This document shows positions 6,765-8,958 of a stretch of 8,958 nucleotides of DNA, in pieces. The position numbers and the translations under genes were made by a program. The stretch's first letter is position 1, and the number at the start of each line of letters is the position of its first letter. The stretch is from Octopus sinensis (lineage: Eukaryota): the NCBI RefSeq assembly GCF_006345805.1, contig NW_021828159.1, forward strand, positions 1 to 8,958, read 5' to 3'. The notes beneath the pieces were generated by a model. That model saw nothing but the letters and a program-made list of their open reading frames with translations. It had not been told where the DNA came from and made no database searches.

Positions 6765-6849
6765 GCTGCTGCTGCTACTACTAATCATAATAATAATGAT
6801 AACAATTATAATAATGATAATAATAGTAGTAGTGGTAGTAGTAGTAGAA

Positions 6850-6895
<46 letters not shown>
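6656..6895. repeat. Compound (AAT)n/(AGT)n/(ACT)n/(GCT)n microsatellite
   Basis: Read directly from the sequence. Confidence 0.95.
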
Positions 6896-6896
<1 letters not shown>

Positions 6897-6944
6897 CAAC
6901 TACAAGAAAAAGATATCTTATTGATTTAACTTGACATTTACGTT

Positions 6945-7045
6945 GAAAACGAAAAAAAATAAAGAAACTAAAAAAATAATAAAATAAACACGACAAAAAG
7001 CAACAACAAGAAATAAAATGGAAGAATAAAATGATATAAAATAAA

Positions 7046-7076
<31 letters not shown>

Positions 7077-7215
7077 TGAAAAGAACCCGCAATCGTCATC
7101 ATACCAAAATATCCAAGATAAATATAAAATAAAAACAAAAACAGCCCCCCCCACCAAAAAAACCCCAAAAAACAAAGAAATTAAAACAACCATTACAAAA
7201 CAATACTAAACAACG
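6945..7215. repeat. A-rich low-complexity tract including (AAAAAT)n
   Basis: Read directly from the sequence. Confidence 0.8.
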
Positions 7216-7247
7216 AACGTTTCACCACTTTTTTGTGCGCTCGTACG

Positions 7248-7254
7248 TATATAT

Positions 7255-7287
<33 letters not shown>

Positions 7288-7300
7288 CTATATATATATA
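7248..7300. repeat. (TA)n microsatellite
   Basis: Read directly from the sequence. Confidence 0.95.
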
Positions 7301-7637
7301 GTATGTATTTATGTGTGTGTTGTGTGTTATCGAAATCATCAAAGGACATTGATAAAGCTAAGGATCATCACGGCGGGGTCCCCCATGTAGATCTATTATG
7401 CTCCTATATATATCGCATAACGAAAAACTTAAAACATCGCTATTTTCTTTCTTCTGCTTGTTCAAGATTTTTTTGTTTTCTCTTTCTCTCTCTCTCCTCC
7501 CGTCCCTCCACCCTCTTTTCCTCCTCTCTCTATTTTCAGTAGCGCCGAGCGCTTTTTTCCGTCCTTTTTTTCGCCTCGTTTTTTTCTTGTTGTCATTTTC
7601 GCCTTTCTCTTTCTATTCATATACTTATACACACGTG

Positions 7638-7696
7638 CATACATACATGCATGCATACATACATACATACATACATACATACATACATACATACAT
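7638..7696. repeat. (CATA)n tetranucleotide repeat
   Basis: Read directly from the sequence. Confidence 0.95.
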
Positions 7697-7741
7697 AAGA
7701 CAAACCCACATATCTAGATTTACATAGGCACATATGCGTGG

Positions 7742-7744
7742 ATG

Positions 7745-7788
<44 letters not shown>

Positions 7789-7933
7789 GTATCTGTATCA
7801 ATCTATATATTTGTATCTATCTACTTGTCTATCTATCTATTTCTTTCTCGCTCTCTCTCTTTATCTGTCTGTCTGTCTCTCTGTTTGTCTCTCTTTCTGT
7901 GTGACCAATTATCTATCTATCTATCTATCTATA

Positions 7934-8016
<83 letters not shown>

Positions 8017-8325
8017 TCACGTGTGTGTCTGTGTATGTAAATCACTATTTATAAATCTATATTTCTCTCTGTCTATGTACATATATGTATATATATATGT
8101 ATATATGTATATGTCTATATGTATATATATATATATATATTATATATAGGTATATGTATATGTATATATGTATATGTATATATATATGTATATATATGTA
8201 ATATATATGTATATGTATATATATATGTATATATAATATATATACATATGTATGTACACACACACACTATTTATGTATATATATATATATATATAATATA
8301 TATATATATGTTATATATATACGTG
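7742..8325. repeat. Compound (TA)n, (TCTA)n/(TCTG)n and (TATATG)n microsatellite block
   Basis: Near-pure (TCTA)n at about 7910-8016 with TA-rich tracts on both sides. Confidence 0.92.
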
Positions 8326-8527
8326 TGTATGGTGTATTCTTTTCGTATTTCGTAAACGTTGAATAACCTAAAATAAATAAAACCGAGATACGAGATAAAA
8401 ATATGTGAAAAAAAAAATGACAAATTGCGGTACGAAAGCGATAAGCAAGAAAAATATAACCGCCATTTTGAAAAAATGCTTTTTTTCTTTATTTTACTTG
8501 TTATTACCACTATACAGTTCATGTCAT

Positions 8528-8958
8528 TGTTTTTCTATCCTCCTTCTTTTTTCCCCCCTCGTGTCTGTCTGTCTGTCGTTGTCCAGTATTTTTCGTTCTT
8601 CTCCATTTTTCCTTCTCTAACGAAAAATATATTCTTCTTACTTTTGTATAAAACTTCACACATTTTTCCTCATTCTTTTTTTTCTTTTCGTTCGTGTTCT
8701 CTTTCTTTCCGCTTTTGTTTTTTTCGTTGTTTGTTTTTTTGTTTGTTTGTATTTCTGGTTTACTGTCTTTCGTTCTTATGAATCTCTTTCTTTCTTTCGC
8801 AAACGTCTTTCATTCTTTCATTCATACTTTGTTTCGTTGTTTCTTTCTTTCATTCACTCATTCTTTCTATAGTTCTTTCTCCCTTTCCCTGTCACCACAA
8901 ATCTCTTTCTCAACACATCCTCCGCTCCTTCTTCGTTTCTTACTGAAGTTCTCTTTTT
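8528..8958. repeat. T/C-rich low-complexity tract
   Basis: Strong pyrimidine skew on the + strand. Confidence 0.7.

Noticed and set aside
7330-7405. Unique island with a - strand GTGATGA (C box-like) and ATCAAAG/GATAA motifs
   Set aside because: There is no D box or terminal stem, and short transcription-factor motifs cannot be supported without conservation data. A small exon or enhancer is not excluded.
6256-8781. Poly-I/N/Y/S and IYLS-repeat ORFs
   Set aside because: Direct translations of microsatellites and low-complexity DNA.

Overview
Non-coding, AT-rich eukaryotic DNA made almost entirely of retroposons and microsatellites. The SINE families look like the tRNA-derived SINEs of octopus/coleoid cephalopods (my recognition, not a search result). 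No protein-coding gene is supported; the listed ORFs are translations of microsatellites, low-complexity tracts and repeats. The window holds three tRNA-derived SINE families (about 9 copies or fragments), a TG...CA direct-repeat element, an AT-rich foldback and a probable Helentron/HINE 3' end. The main signal is self-cleaving RNA. A complete type I hammerhead ribozyme lies at 4235-4303 (+), inside a ~350-nt tandem repeat that a SINE has interrupted, which is the layout of a non-LTR retrozyme or Penelope pLTR. A second repeat family has two minimal hammerhead-like motifs on the - strand (1895-1930, 3395-3430) that share a variant CUGUNGA core.
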